A DNA stretch of 64,000 bases from positions 126,597,634-126,661,633 of the forward strand of contig NC_068982.1 in NCBI RefSeq assembly GCF_001194135.2. The letters run 5' to 3'. The position numbers were made by a program, and so were the translations under genes. Below are positions 1-13,289 of this stretch, piece after piece. The notes below the pieces were generated by a model. The model was not told the origin of the DNA. It worked only from the letters and a program-made list of their open reading frames with translations, and did no database searches. The DNA comes from Octopus bimaculoides. Lineage: Eukaryota. Within the stretch, counting starts at the first letter, position 1. The number at the start of each line of letters is the position of its first letter.

Positions 1-389
1 ATATATTGTATTATACTTCATCTCAACTCTCATCACAACTCTCACCACAAATTTTCAGCCTTGTGCTTATGCTGGTAATAAATATGAAATATCATTTATC
101 CACCCTCACAAACATAATTCTGATATTAAGAGAATTAGTAGGTTTGTACCAACATTCGAATTTGGAATTTTACCAATTCCTAACATTTTTACTACATCTG
201 AAACTATTGCTGCTGTAAAGTTATACAAGTTTCACTATTTATTATAACATAAACTATGTTGTGTTCCATTTTCACCAAAACATTCAGCTTTATCTTTGGT
301 ATCAAATATGACCATCGTAGAGAAAATGAAACCAAAAGAAGAATGTCTCAACGATATTTACTAATTATGTAAAATAAATTAAAAAGCAA

Positions 390-1010
390 ATTATTTACAT
401 ACATACTTCATACATGAGCACATACATCGAGACATATACATGTATAACATGTGCATACGCTACATGTAGACACATATATACACATAGCTGAACTCACTTC
501 ACACACAACTACGCATGTGTTCATGTACATACACATAAGCCATATATGGACACATATAGAAACATACATATGCTCGCTTGCATATGCATACACACTCATT
601 TATAAATCTCACACACATGTACATCCATATGTATATGAGCAAGTGCATACATGTATGCACATATACACATAGCACATATACATACAGACACATGCCCACA
701 TGGACATATACCATATATAGACACACACACACACACACACGTATCTGCACACCCATCGTATGCATATATATAAATATACATATAGGATTTACGTACACAC
801 ACTCTTGCACACATCCGATTATACACATGCACACATATATAAACTCACACACCTATTCACATACACATATTTATACACACATGTGCACACACTTGCACAT
901 ACATACATACATACATATGCATATACATATATATATATACATACATATATACATATATTTATACATATACATATATACACATGCACACGCATACATACGT
1001 ATCTGATATT
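390..1010. repeat. Degenerate (AC/AT)n low-complexity tract; similar tracts at ~4340-4760, 16310-18080, 53440-53760, 55540-55830
   Basis: Alternating purine-pyrimidine dinucleotide repeats; source of the H/T/Y/I/C/V-rich ORFs in the track. Confidence 0.95.
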
Positions 1011-1318
1011 GCCGATATGTTGTTCAGAAGGTCAACTAGTGTATGAAACGTTACCATAGCAATGATATTTACAACAATAAAAACAACAGCACCAGCAGCA
1101 GCAGCAACAACATCAACAACAACAGAGACTAGTCAGAACACATATAATGGCATATTGCCTGCAACATAAAATATAATTTAATCACCCACACTTTTTACAT
1201 CTATTTTTCCAAGTTGATAAGATCTGAACATATCTGCAAAATTAACTCTTCTTAGCCAATTCTGTCCTTAGTCTAGCTCCAGTACTCTTTAAGAAGAATT
1301 TCTGCTACAAATTCTGTA

Positions 1319-1473
1319 CGTGGCTGTGTGGTAAGAAGCTTGCTTACCAGCCACATGGTTCTGGGTTCAGTCCCACTGCATGGTACCTTGGGCAAATGTT
1401 TTCTACTATAGCATTGGGCTGACCAAAGTATTGTGAGTGGATTTGGTAGACAGAAACTGAAAGAAGCCTGTCG
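1319..1473 (+). mobile_element. SINE family A head (gtggctgtgtggtaagaagcttgctt...gaaactgaaagaagcc) ending in (TA)n
   Basis: Same ~155 bp sequence recurs at ~23745, 30665, 40855, 42140, 44459, 55020 (+) and ~14525, 52975, 57620, 59885 (-). Confidence 0.85.
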
Positions 1474-1650
1474 TATATATATATATATATACCAGTACTT
1501 AACTCAACAAAGCTTTACATTTTACTTTTGACAATCTTTTAATAAAGAAGTGAAACTGGTCAAGTGAATAAACGTCTTTAAAATGGCATTTTCAAACCTT
1601 CTTTCATATATATTTCCACTCGTGAGGTATCTTACAACTTTACTTTGTTT

Positions 1651-1682
<32 letters not shown>

Positions 1683-2067
1683 AATAATAAGATACTCATA
1701 TATATGATTTATAAAAACATGTGACATATTAATAAAAATCTTTAAATGTACAACCATCCAGATTTCTGAGTACCTTATTATTTGCTTGACTAAAGGCAGT
1801 GCTCCAGCATGGCACCAGTCAAATGACTAAAACAAATAAAAGAATATTATGGATTAAAACATCATCATGGTTCGAATGTGCCTTTCCTGTATTCACATTG
1901 ATTGGATGGAGTATGTTGAGGCAGATTTTCTGTGGCTGGACTCCCTCCCTGCCACCAAACCTTACCTGTTTACATGTAAAATAATATTTTCCCATGGCTG
2001 GACATGTTTTAATGGAAGATTAGAAATGACGGACACCAACTCATGCACATTTACATACATGTTGCTG

Positions 2068-2447
2068 TTGACACTCCGTCGCTTACGACGTCGAGGGTTC
2101 CAGTTAATCCGATCAACAGAACAGCTTGCTCATGAAATTAACGTGCAAGTGGCTGAGCACTCCACAGACACGTGTACCCTTAACGTAGTTCTTGGGGATA
2201 TTTAGCGTGACACAGTGTGACGAGGCTGACCCTTTGAGTTACAGGCACAACAGAAACAGGAAGTAAGAGTGAGAGAAAGTTGTGGTGAAAGAGTACAGCA
2301 GGGTTCGCCACCATCCCCTGCCGGAGCCTCATGGAGCTTTCGGTGTTTTCGCTCAATAAACACTCACAACACCTGGTCTGGGAATCGAAACCGCGATGCT
2401 ATGACCGCGAGTCCGCTGCCCTAACCACTGGACTATTGCGCCTCCAC
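2068..2447 (-). mobile_element. tRNA-headed SINE family C, full length
   Basis: Near-identical to 25844-26222 (+) and 61202-61580 (-); A-box/B-box-like head; flanking duplication acatacatgt (2053-2062 / 2448-2457). Confidence 0.9.
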
Positions 2448-2705
2448 ACATACATGTACACACACACACACACACACACCACTTGTGCCGGTGGCATGTT
2501 AAAGCACCCATTACACTCTTGGAGTGGTTGGCGTTAGGAAGGGTATCCAGCCGTAGAAAACCGTGCCTAATCAGACTGGAATCTGGTGCAGCCTTCCAGC
2601 TTACCAGCCCTGGTCAAACCATCCAACCCATGGATAAAGACGTTAAATGTTGATGATGATTATGATGATATATAAAGATATATAAATATGTGAGGTGCTG
2701 ACATG

Positions 2706-2769
<64 letters not shown>

Positions 2770-3544
2770 AGAGAGAGGGCTGCCCCAGCACTAGGCTTGT
2801 AGTAATTATTTTTAGCCAAGTTGATATGTAACAATATGAAATGAAGTGCCTTGCTCAAGGAGACAATGAGCCACCCTCTCAAGGAACTGAATCCAGAACT
2901 TTATGGAAGTAAGGTCAACACTTTAACCACTCAGCCATGTGCCTTCAGACATTTTGGATACCTTGTGTATATGTTGTCCCTGTTGATAAAACAGCTGATT
3001 TTATATAAAACAGCTGATTTAAAAATGTTTTTTTACTTGTCATAAAAACCTGGGTGGGTTGCAATTTCTGGCTCCACTTTATAATTAACGACAAAATATT
3101 GACTTATAAATATGCAAAGATGAAGTGGACAAAAAGAAATTGATGGCAGCATTAAAAATTTATACAGAGACATAATGTTATTTAAATAAACAGTTTAAAA
3201 GGATCCACAGCAAATGTTGATTGAGAATGTATTGACATGGTATAAATTCAATACTGTCATAAAAATGGTTGTAAAACACATTACAAATCACATAAAGCAG
3301 AAAATAAATAAATCCAAACATCCACACACCTACTCACCCCCCCCCCCCCCACACACACATACATACTCATCTATATACACATATATGCAGATATACATGT
3401 ACATATATGCATTACTATAGCAACCTTAGAGACACTAATAGCAATTTCTACTTTCCAGATGTGTTTTCAATGTACACGTATAGGTCTATCTGTGCATATG
3501 TATGTATATGTGTATATATATAAATATATATACACACACACACT

Positions 3545-3870
3545 TATATATCATCATCATCATCATCATTTAACGTCCATTGGCCATGCTGGCATGGGTT
3601 GGACGGTTTGACCAGGACTAGTATGCAGAGGGCCTTTACCACCTCCAGTCTGATTTGGCATGGTTTCTATGGCTGGATGCTCTTCCTAACACCAACCACT
3701 CTGAGAGTGTAATGGGTGCTTTTTATGTGCCACTAGCATGGGTGCCAGTTGTGTGCCAGCAGTATCTCTCATGACTGCGATTTCACTTGGCTTGATGGGT
3801 CTTCTTCTCAAGCACAACATATTGCCAAAAATCTCAATCATTTGTCATTGCCTCCTTGATGCCCAGCACT
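3545..3870 (-). mobile_element. RTE LINE 3' UTR/tail module (family D) with (ATG)n tail
   Basis: Shared motif ttctacagctggatgcccttcctaacgccaaccactc next to (CAT)n. Further copies at ~2480, 5720, 7260, 7760, 9270, 9610, 15400, 21950, 22120, 32290, 34420, 39857, 45330, 48000, 49550, 55850, 62200, 63300. Confidence 0.85.
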
Positions 3871-4003
3871 GACTCTGTGTGTGTGTGTGTGTATGTATAT
3901 GTNNNNNNNNNNNNNNNNNNNNNNNNNNNNNNNNNNNNNNNNNNNNNNNNNNNNNNNNNNNNNNNNNNNNNNNNNNNNNNNNNNNNNNNNNNNNNNNNNN
4001 NNN

Positions 4004-4038
<35 letters not shown>

Positions 4039-4710
4039 GTTGAAATTTATAGAAAAACAAAAGACGAAGACAGGTGTATGAACAACAAGCAGGTGTATTA
4101 GTTTGGTGCTCGGGAAATATGAGGAAGTCTTTTACCTTTCGAGCGTATGATCTTCAACAGAAAGGAATAAGAGAAAATAAACAGAGAGAATGAAAAAAAA
4201 ACTTGTAAATTTCAGTGGTTTAGCATGGTGAATGATTGGGAAAAAAAGAGGTTGAAAGAACGGAAGATAGTAATAAAAAAAAAGAGGTTGAATGAAAGGG
4301 TGATAATAAAGTGCTAGTGGTCACAAGAGAAGGTGCATGCATGCGTGTATGTGAGAATGGTGTGTATGAGTGTGTAAGTGTGTGTGTGTGTAAATAGGGG
4401 CGAGTGACTCTGATGTATGTGTGTGTGTTGTGTGTAACAGTTGATGCATGTTTTTTTACATGGTATGTACATGTGTGTGTGTGAGTGTCTGTGACCAAAC
4501 AGTGTGCGTGTGTATAGTGTGTATATGTGGGCAAAAGTTATCTTTGTCTATATATGTCATGTGTGTTAATGTGTGTTGTGTGCGTATGTATATATAGCCT
4601 GTGTTCAGGTGTTATGTGCTTGTGTGAGTGTGGGAGTGCGCATAATGGTGTGTGGTATGGGTGCTGGGAAGTGGTCAGTGCTAGTGTGATATATATATAT
4701 AAACACCACC

Positions 4711-4747
<37 letters not shown>

Positions 4748-5297
4748 ATGCAATAATCCCCATTCCCTTCCCTAGATATTATAATCTCCCTCAACTAGTT
4801 TATCCCTTATCAGAAACAGAAACTTCATGAAGGACATCTGAAAGAAAGAGGACAAAAGATACAAAAGGTTCATTGTCAAGAACACACAGAAATAAACAAG
4901 CTCTTTGAACATATAGATCCATCATCAGAGCCTAACAGATATCAATATGGTTTCAGCATTGTAGTTTTTTTTTTTTAATTTCCATCAATGAAATCCACTC
5001 ACAAGACTTTAGCTGGCCTATGGCTAAATAGAAGACACTTACCTAGGATGACATGCTGTGGGACTGAATCTGAAACCATGCAGCTGGAGAGCAAAAATGA
5101 AGCTTCTTGATGTGCAGCTCAGAATTTTACATACTGGATCAATTAAACAAGTTGAACAATTAGAAATTTGAAATTCTAATTCACCATGTAAAAGAAACCA
5201 CAACTCCTCATAACATATACTCTACATATACTCCACTTTATGTATTGGGTGTTGAGTAAGTTTTGGTCTGTTTGTCAGCACATTTATTCACCAGTCC

Positions 5298-5340
<43 letters not shown>

Positions 5341-5344
<4 letters not shown>

Positions 5345-5609
5345 TAAAAATGTAAAATTAAAACAGAACACAAAGGATTCTGTGGTACCCGTGTTTCAAG
5401 CTTTGTAGTCATTGCATCATTATATAGGTATATAATTGATAGACAAGATGGTATAAAGCAATCTTCAGCCACAAATATATTCTTTCCCAAACATTATATC
5501 ACAAAGAAGATGTCACCTATATAATGATGCAACGACTGTGTGTGTATAAAGCTTGAAACACATGTACCGCGGAATCCTTTGTGTTCTGTTTTAATTTTAC
5601 ATTTTTAAT
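5341..5609. repeat. Foldback/MITE-like inverted repeat beside (TA)n
   Basis: aaattaaaaatgtaaaattaaaacagaacacaaaggattc at 5341 is the reverse complement of gaatcctttgtgttctgttttaattttacatttttaattt ending ~5609; inner arms (gcatcattatataggt / acctatataatgatgc) also pair. Confidence 0.85.
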
Positions 5610-6062
5610 TTATTCTTTCACCCCGGCCACTATCTGGCATATACAGGTGCTTGCAATTATCAAGTATTACCTCTAAAATTTGCTTTACCATATATATATA
5701 TATACATACATACATATATATTATGATCATCATCATCATTATCATCATGTAACATCCATTGTCCATGCTGGCATGGGTTGGATGGTTTGACCAGGGATGG
5801 TGAGCTGGAAGGCTGCACCAGACTCCAGTCTGATTTGGCATGGTTTTCTACTGCTGGATGTTATTCTTTGGTGCACATTGCTAGTGGAGCAGCCATGCTT
5901 ACACTGTAAAGCCAGAAAGAAAAATGACGTGATCAGGCTCAAACTGCTATCACATGACCACAATAGTACCAGCTATAAGCACGCTTGCGCAGAAGGCAGT
6001 GTGACAATAAAAAAGCTTTGTTATGGCAAAAGTGCAGATAATGTTTGACTTCCCCTCATATG

Positions 6063-6103
<41 letters not shown>

Positions 6104-6315
6104 NNNNNNNNNNCTCTGCTTTTATTAAATGCAGCCAAAAAGCAAGGTTTATTATATTAAATATATGGTTATTGTTACATCTCAAATAAGATTTTATCTC
6201 AATAGGAGTGAAGAGGTTAAATAAGTAAATTGTACCCCGCATTCAATTACTGTCATATATGGGTTCCCTGAATTTGAATTGAAATTAGGGCTTGCAGGGC
6301 AGCAAATTATTATTA

Positions 6316-6362
<47 letters not shown>

Positions 6363-6829
6363 TCATTGTTGTTGTTGTTATTTGTATAACTCATATTTGA
6401 AGAACTGCTGCTTGCTGGAGATATGGAATTTGTAATTTAATCACTTACAACTAGAAAATGACCTGGAATTAGACCAATAGGAACATTGAATTTACATCCA
6501 ATAGAATAAAGTGTGCTGAATTTGCTCGCCAATCATGCAGTGAGAAAAGCTGCTGAACTGAAGGGAGGTACAAAATGAATTCCCTCACTGAGGTCTTCAA
6601 TGAATTAAATCATAATATTCTCCGAATAACTGAAGAGAGGTGACACATTTTTTCCTTTCATTTCTAGTTAGTAGATCATCATCATCTTCATCATTGTTTA
6701 ACATCTGCCTTCCAGGCTGGCATTGGTTGGACGGTCACTAATAATAATTGTTTCCTACAAAAGGATGACGTCTGAGATTAGAGTCAAATAGCCATTGTCA
6801 TCTCCATAATTATCCAAAAATACATACTG

Positions 6830-7040
6830 GTTTCAAATTTTGGCACTAGGCCAGCAATTTCGTGAGAGGACTAAGCCAATTACATTGACCTTAGTGCTCA
6901 ACTGGTACTTTATTTTATTGACCCTAAAAGGATGAAAGGCAGAATCAGCCTCAGCAGAATTTGAACTCAGAAAAAAAAGAGACAAAATACCACAAAGTAT
7001 TTTGCCTGGTGTGCGGCTGATTCTGCTAGCTTGCTGCTTT
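6830..7040 (-). mobile_element. SINE family E (core gtcgactttgcctttcatcctttcggggtcgataaa)
   Basis: Recurs at ~11780, 20170-20652 (three times), 36845, 47075, 47580, 60355, 60560, 62540. Confidence 0.8.
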
Positions 7041-9021
7041 TTTTTTCAAAAATACAAATTAGTGAGGTGAAGCTGTTATAATTGGGTTATTAAGGCCAGA
7101 TTTTCTAAAAACAGCAAATCATAATAGATTAAGAACATTTCTTTTGACAAAGAACAAGGTTCTGTTGTTAAAGTAAGGAGTTCCTTGATTGGATTGTTTC
7201 TTGTATATTACAAGTATTTGAAATAAAATCAGGGAGTTATGAATTGAACTAAGAACAATGATGATGATGATGATCATTTAATGTCTGCTTTTCATGCTAG
7301 CATGGGTTGGACGATTTGACTGAGGACCGATGAACCAGATGGCTGCACCAGACTCCAATCTGATCTGGCAGAGTTTCTACATCTGGATACCCTTCCTAAC
7401 GCCAACCACTCCAAGAGTGTAGTGGGTGCTTTTTATGTGCCACAGGCATGAGGGCCAGTCTGACAGTACTTGCAACGGCCACGCTCAAATGGTGTTTTTT
7501 ACATGCCACCTGGATAGGAGTCAGTCCAATGTTTTGTTCACATGCCACCGGCACGAGTGCCAGTAAGGCAAAGCTGGAAATGATCGCGCTCAAATGTTGG
7601 TTTTTACGTGCCACCGGCACGGAAGCGAGACCGCTGCTCTGGCAGTGATCCCACTCAGATGGTGCTGTTAGCGCTCCACTGGCACGGGAGCTAGTCATCG
7701 AATTTGGCAAACCAAATTTGAATGATATACAGAATTAATAATTTAAAATTTCTAAGCCAGATCATTTAATGTCTGTTTTCCATGCTGACATGACTTGGAT
7801 GGTTTCACTGGAGCTGGTAAGGCTAGGGTCCACACCAGGCTCCACTGTCTGTTCTGGCATGGTTTGTATGGTTGGATGCACTTCCTAATGCTAACCACTT
7901 CATTGAGTGTACTAAGTGCATTTTATGTGGCACCAGCTCCAGTGCTTTTAATATGGCACCAGTACAAGTGCTTTTTATATGACACCAGTATCGATATCAA
8001 TTCTGCAGTGGTAGACAGGCCCTTTTGAGTACTACAATGCACCAGACAAAATTTTCCTCAAATCAATCTCTTAGAAAAAAAAACTTTATCATTTTAACTT
8101 TTCATTACTATATATGTGTAAAAGTACACATTTCTTTCAATTAATTTTGAAAGTAATAAAGAATTTATAAAGTTTGTCCATTTTTAGGAATATTCTAGTT
8201 TAGAAAACTTCAAAACAGAAAGTTTGCATCACAGAACCAGAAGTGGTCTCAAATGGGTTATCATGAAAAAGGTTTAAAAGGTTTATAGAAAAAGAAAAGC
8301 TAAAAGCACATTGCCTTAAGTTCCATAAAAGTTAGAATCATTTACAATTATATCTCTAGTTCTAGAAAATGAATAAATGTCAACTTACACATGTTACAAA
8401 TAAAACAAAATACAACAAAAATGGTGTTTGAAGAAAAAGAAAATCACAAAGCTATTATTTTAAAAATAATGGCTGCAGTTATATATTAACGAAACTGGTT
8501 TAGGTGACTGTAATTTTATTTCACTATCCACAAACATCACTAACTATAAAGAAGGATGACTGGTTTCTGGTATCTTTAAGCATTCAAAAACCTGTAAAGA
8601 TACAAACATTCAAAGTTCCTCAATCAATCAATCAATTCAAAAAGGTTAAGGAAAGAATAAAAAAAATTAAAAGAAAAACAATTGAAAACAAATAGAAACT
8701 TCAAGCGGAAACCTGTAATTTTACAACAAATTACATTAAAGAGGTTTCTGATCAAAATAACTAAACGTACAATGTTAATGTGTTTTAAACAACACAGCAT
8801 GATCATTCTGAATGTAAAGGTTTGAGCAAGAGATAAGCTGTAGTTAATCAATTATATTAAGGAAAGGCTTTGCAATATATGTGTGTATGTGTGTATGTGT
8901 GTATGTATGTATGTATGTATGTATGTATATATGTATGTGTTTATATATATATTGATAGATAGATACACTATACATATATAAATGCATTGTTTTATAAATA
9001 TATACATACAAACGTACATAC

Positions 9022-9092
<71 letters not shown>

Positions 9093-9140
9093 CAAATGAA
9101 AAAAAACATATCTTCATCTGTCTGTCTCTGTCTCTGTCTG

Positions 9141-9194
<54 letters not shown>

Positions 9195-9204
9195 NNNNNN
9201 NNNN

Positions 9205-9262
<58 letters not shown>

Positions 9263-9872
9263 CACATAAAAGGCACCTGTGCTGGTGACATGTAAAAAGC
9301 ACCCACTACGTTCTTGGAGTGGTTGGTGGTAGGAAGGGCATCCAGCTGTAGAAACTATGCCAAATCAGACTGGAACCTGGTGCAGCCATCTGGTTCGCCA
9401 GTCCTCAGTCAAACTGTCTAACCCATGCCAGCACAGAAAATGGATACTAGATGATGATGATGAGATATATAAATATAGATATCTATTTTATATATGTGTA
9501 TATATGTATATCTATATATATATATGTGTGTGTGTGTGTATGTATGTATATATATATATGTGTGTACATATGTAACTGACATCCAGCTTTAGAAACTATG
9601 CCAGAACAGAACATAGCCATGGTTGATGCCAGTGTCACATGACTGGCGCCTGTAATGGTGGCACCCATGCCAGTGACATTTAAAAAGCACCTGTTACACT
9701 CTTGGAATGGTTGGCATTAAGAAGGGCATCCAGCTATAGAAATCATGCCAAATCAGACTTGAACTTGGTGCAACTCTCTGGCTTACATGTTCCAGTCAAA
9801 CCGTCTAACCCATGCCAACATGGAAAGTGGACATTAAATGGTGATGATGATGATGATGATGATGATAAATAA

Positions 9873-9909
<37 letters not shown>

Positions 9910-11329
9910 NNNNNNNNNNNNNNNNNNNNNNNNNNNNNNNNNNNNNNNNNNNNNNNNNNNNNNNNNNNNNNNNNNNNNNNNNNNNNNNNNNNNNNNNNNN
10001 NNNNNNNNNNNNNNNNNNNNNNNNNNNNNNNNNNNNNNNNNNNNNNNNNNNNNNNNNNNNNNNNNNNNNNNNNNNNNNNNNNNNNNNNNNNNNNNNNNNN
10101 NNNNNNNNNNNNNNNNNNNNNNNNNNNNNNNNNNNNNNNNNNNNNNNNNNNNNNNNNNNNNNNNNNNNNNNNNNNNNNNNNNNNNNNNNNNNNNNNNNNN
10201 NNNNNNNNNNNNNNNNNNNNNNNNNNNNNNNNNNNNNNNNNNNNNNNNNNNNNNNNNNNNNNNNNNNNNNNNNNNNNNNNNNNNNNNNNNNNNNNNNNNN
10301 NNNNNNNNNNNNNNNNNNNNNNNNNNNNNNNNNNNNNNNNNNNNNNNNNNNNNNNNNNNNNNNNNNNNNNNNNNNNNNNNNNNNNNNNNNNNNNNNNNNN
10401 NNNNNNNNNNATATATATATATATATGCATTTGCCTTTATCAGATAATTTAGTTTGGAGTGAATACACTATTGTTAAGTTAATGTTAAAATATTTAATGC
10501 AGGGAGAATTAAAAGACTTCCTGGGCAAAGGTGAATGTCAAATTCTATATATGATACTGAAACACTGTAAGATACAAAAGATAAAGTGTGTTTTGTTGAG
10601 ACAGGATAAAATCCAGGTCAGTTTCTTATTTAACTAATAAAAACTGAAATATTGAAACGAATGAAAATATTTGCTGTTCTTTTCTAGCCTCTGGTCACCC
10701 CTCATCAAGTGGATTTATAGTCAAAGGCATTCCAGTCATGACTATCCTGTCTTTATTCTATATGCAGGAAACAAAGGATATGTTTGTTAAATTTTGGACT
10801 TATCCTTAAACCCAAAATTAATTTTGAATCTTTGTCTAATGATGAAAACATTATTTTAATTAGGTATCCATGATAGCTCATTATTCCTGCTTGTAAATTT
10901 CCTCTAATTACTCATTATTTTCGTTTTGGGATTTGATTTGCAAGATTCTTTATGTGAGTCGTGTGTTGAAGCATTTTTTGGTGTGTCTGGGGAGAATCAT
11001 TCTCTTTTAGTGCCTTATTATTTAACACACTCACTGGTAAAGTTGCCACTCATTTACTTATTCATTTTTCCTAAAATTTCCATCGCGTCTTGCAGCCTTT
11101 TCAATAGTTGTTGACTCTGTCCATTATCCGAGCTGCAACAAAAATTTTAGATATAATAAATGAGTAAATGAGTGGAAACTTTACCGGTGAGTGTGCTAAA
11201 TAATCAGGCACTAAAAGAGAATGACTCTCTTTAGACACAACTCATTATCTAGTTTTTCTACAAGACTTGTCATTGGCATTAACTTGTATTCAAGTTGTAG
11301 ATCTGTAGCTTGTGGTTGAGCGTCTTCAT

Positions 11330-11625
11330 CTTGATGGGTGTGAAAGGTGCTTGTGCCTGAGGTGGATGTTCAGACCAAGAGCAATATAGAGCTGGGGACA
11401 TTTATCGCAGGGGAGAATTGGTGGTGGATGAGGATGTGTGAATTTCTCTTTGTGTCTTTGACATTTGATCTCTGCCTCTCGACATCTGTTATTTTCCATC
11501 CAGTTTGTTATCTTGTTGATGACATGCTACCACTTTGGGCAGTCTTTGGCAATTGTCTCCCAAATATTTGGGTCAATGGAGCAGTGAAAGTGTATAGCTT
11601 TGAGCTGGCCTTGGAAACAGAATTT
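11330..11625 (-). mobile_element. RTE-BovB-type LINE ORF C-terminus with C2H2 zinc finger (degenerate)
   Basis: Minus frame reads FQGQLKAIHFHCSIDPNIWETIAKDCPKW*HVINK...EIKCQRHKEK...PCDKCPQLYIALGLNIHLRHKH, matching the IDPxxWExxAxDRxxW plus terminal C2H2 layout of RTE/BovB ORFs. Confidence 0.75.
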
Positions 11626-12153
11626 AGCGGCTCTACTAGACTAACTAGTGGAATAATGAAAACAAAGACATCATAACTATATTGGATGTGCAAAGAGAAC
11701 TGCTTGTTATTTCCTCAGTTCAAAATTTTCTAGGGCTGACATGTTACAATAATGGTCAATAATATATATGGTACTTCTCAGGTGGTAAACTGGCAGAATC
11801 ATTAGCACACCAGATAAAATGCTAAGTGGCATTTCTCCTGTCTTTATGTTCTGAGTTCAAACTCAGCTGAGGCCAACTTTGCCTTTCACCCTTTCAAGAT
11901 CCATAAAATGTCTGGTGTGCTAATGATTCTGCTAGTTTGCCACCTGATAAGTACCATATATATTATTGACCGTTATTGTAACATGTCAACCCTAGAAAAT
12001 TTTGAACTGAGGAAATAATAAGCAGTTCTCTTTGCACATCCAATATAGTTATGATGTCTTTGTTTGCATTTATTCCACTAATTAGTCTAGTAAAGACCCT
12101 AAATTCTGTTTCCAAGGCCAGCTCAGAGCTATACTCCTCCACTGCTCCATTGA
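11573..12153. repeat. Long inverted duplication (arms 11573-11814 and 11911-12153, 96-nt loop)
   Basis: Arms read as reverse complements along their length with scattered mismatches, e.g. caaaattttctagggctgacatgttacaataatggtcaataat vs attattgaccgttattgtaacatgtcaaccctagaaaattttg. Confidence 0.92.
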
Positions 12154-12630
12154 GCACTGGGGTCGATGTAATTGACTTACTCCCTTCCCTTAAATTGCTG
12201 GCCTTGTGCCAAAATTTGAAATCAATATATAAGGTACTCAATGAACTAATATTTATGTTCATTGGTTTATTTGAAGTTGATATTTCAATCCATCATTAAA
12301 TTATAATTAATTGGAATATTTGTTTGTTTCACTATTTTTTTTGTAATTTCGTGCTAATTATTTTTGATTTTTTTAAAAAGAATACTTTTAGTTTTTAACT
12401 TTTGTGTTTCTCTCATAAACAAATATGGCTTTCTCTCACCAACTACATAGTTATCTTAATTTCATGAATGCTTCCATATCAAATAAAAATGATATTTTAA
12501 TAAATTTCATTGTCATCCTTCATTAATATTATAATTCATAATAGCTTTATGAATTATTTGATTGAGAATTTTCACTTTGTTGGTTAACATGTATTTCTGA
12601 TGCTTAGCTAAACATCAACCCAAATTCTTG

Positions 12631-12641
12631 TCACTGAAATC
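12631..12641 (-). CDS. Putative terminal coding exon of the minus-strand gene ((G)FQ*)
   Basis: Very strong acceptor (long poly-T then tgtag) at 12642-12670; phase 1 fits the 14.9-kb exon; AT-rich UTR-like sequence follows. Confidence 0.4.
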
Positions 12642-13289
12642 CTACAAAAAAAAAAAAAAAAAAAAAAAAAAAATAATAATAATAATAATAATGATGCATG
12701 ACATTTGTCAAATCAGAAAACTTTATTCTTTGTAGCATAACTGTTTTACAGTGAATAAGTATGTCAATTCAGAAAAAATTATTAAATCACTGACATTAAA
12801 TTGTAACATTTGACAAAGCTATGTAAGGTTTCAATGTTAGGCTTTACCAAATCGTTATTTAGATTCAGATTAATTTCACTTAACTCAGGGGTGGAAAACC
12901 CTCACCCGTGAGTGCAATTGTGCCTGTGAGCACATTCTATTGTGCTTGTAGGCTGATATATTCATATGTATAAAATATAATAAATTTTTCAATTTTAAAA
13001 TTTATACAATATTCGTATTCCTATTTGTGACACAGGTCACATTTCCACTATGACTTAAAATAGTTAGGCTTGAACAGAAATTGTCTGGTAAATGCTATTT
13101 GAATGGAAATTGCTAGGTTTGTACCACTCTCTTGAGACCCAATTACACCCTAGCAGAAAAATATAGAATACTGTATAAGTAATATAAACATCCTAAATTC
13201 AGTGGCAGCATTAATGAAGATGTTACGCGTTAATTCAATGTGTTAAACTTATCTTTATTAATGTATGTCGAATTCTACATAGATATACT

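Noticed and set aside
408-1059. Long H/T/Y/I/C/V-rich ORFs, and equivalents at 16-18, 25.1, 43.1 and 53.4 kb
   Set aside because: Translations of (AC)n/(AT)n/(ATAC)n microsatellites, open in several frames on both strands
9743-10528. Very long ORFs containing X runs (also 13.8-14.6, 22.2-23.0, 32.4-33.5, 50.0-50.9 kb)
   Set aside because: They are long only because they cross N gaps
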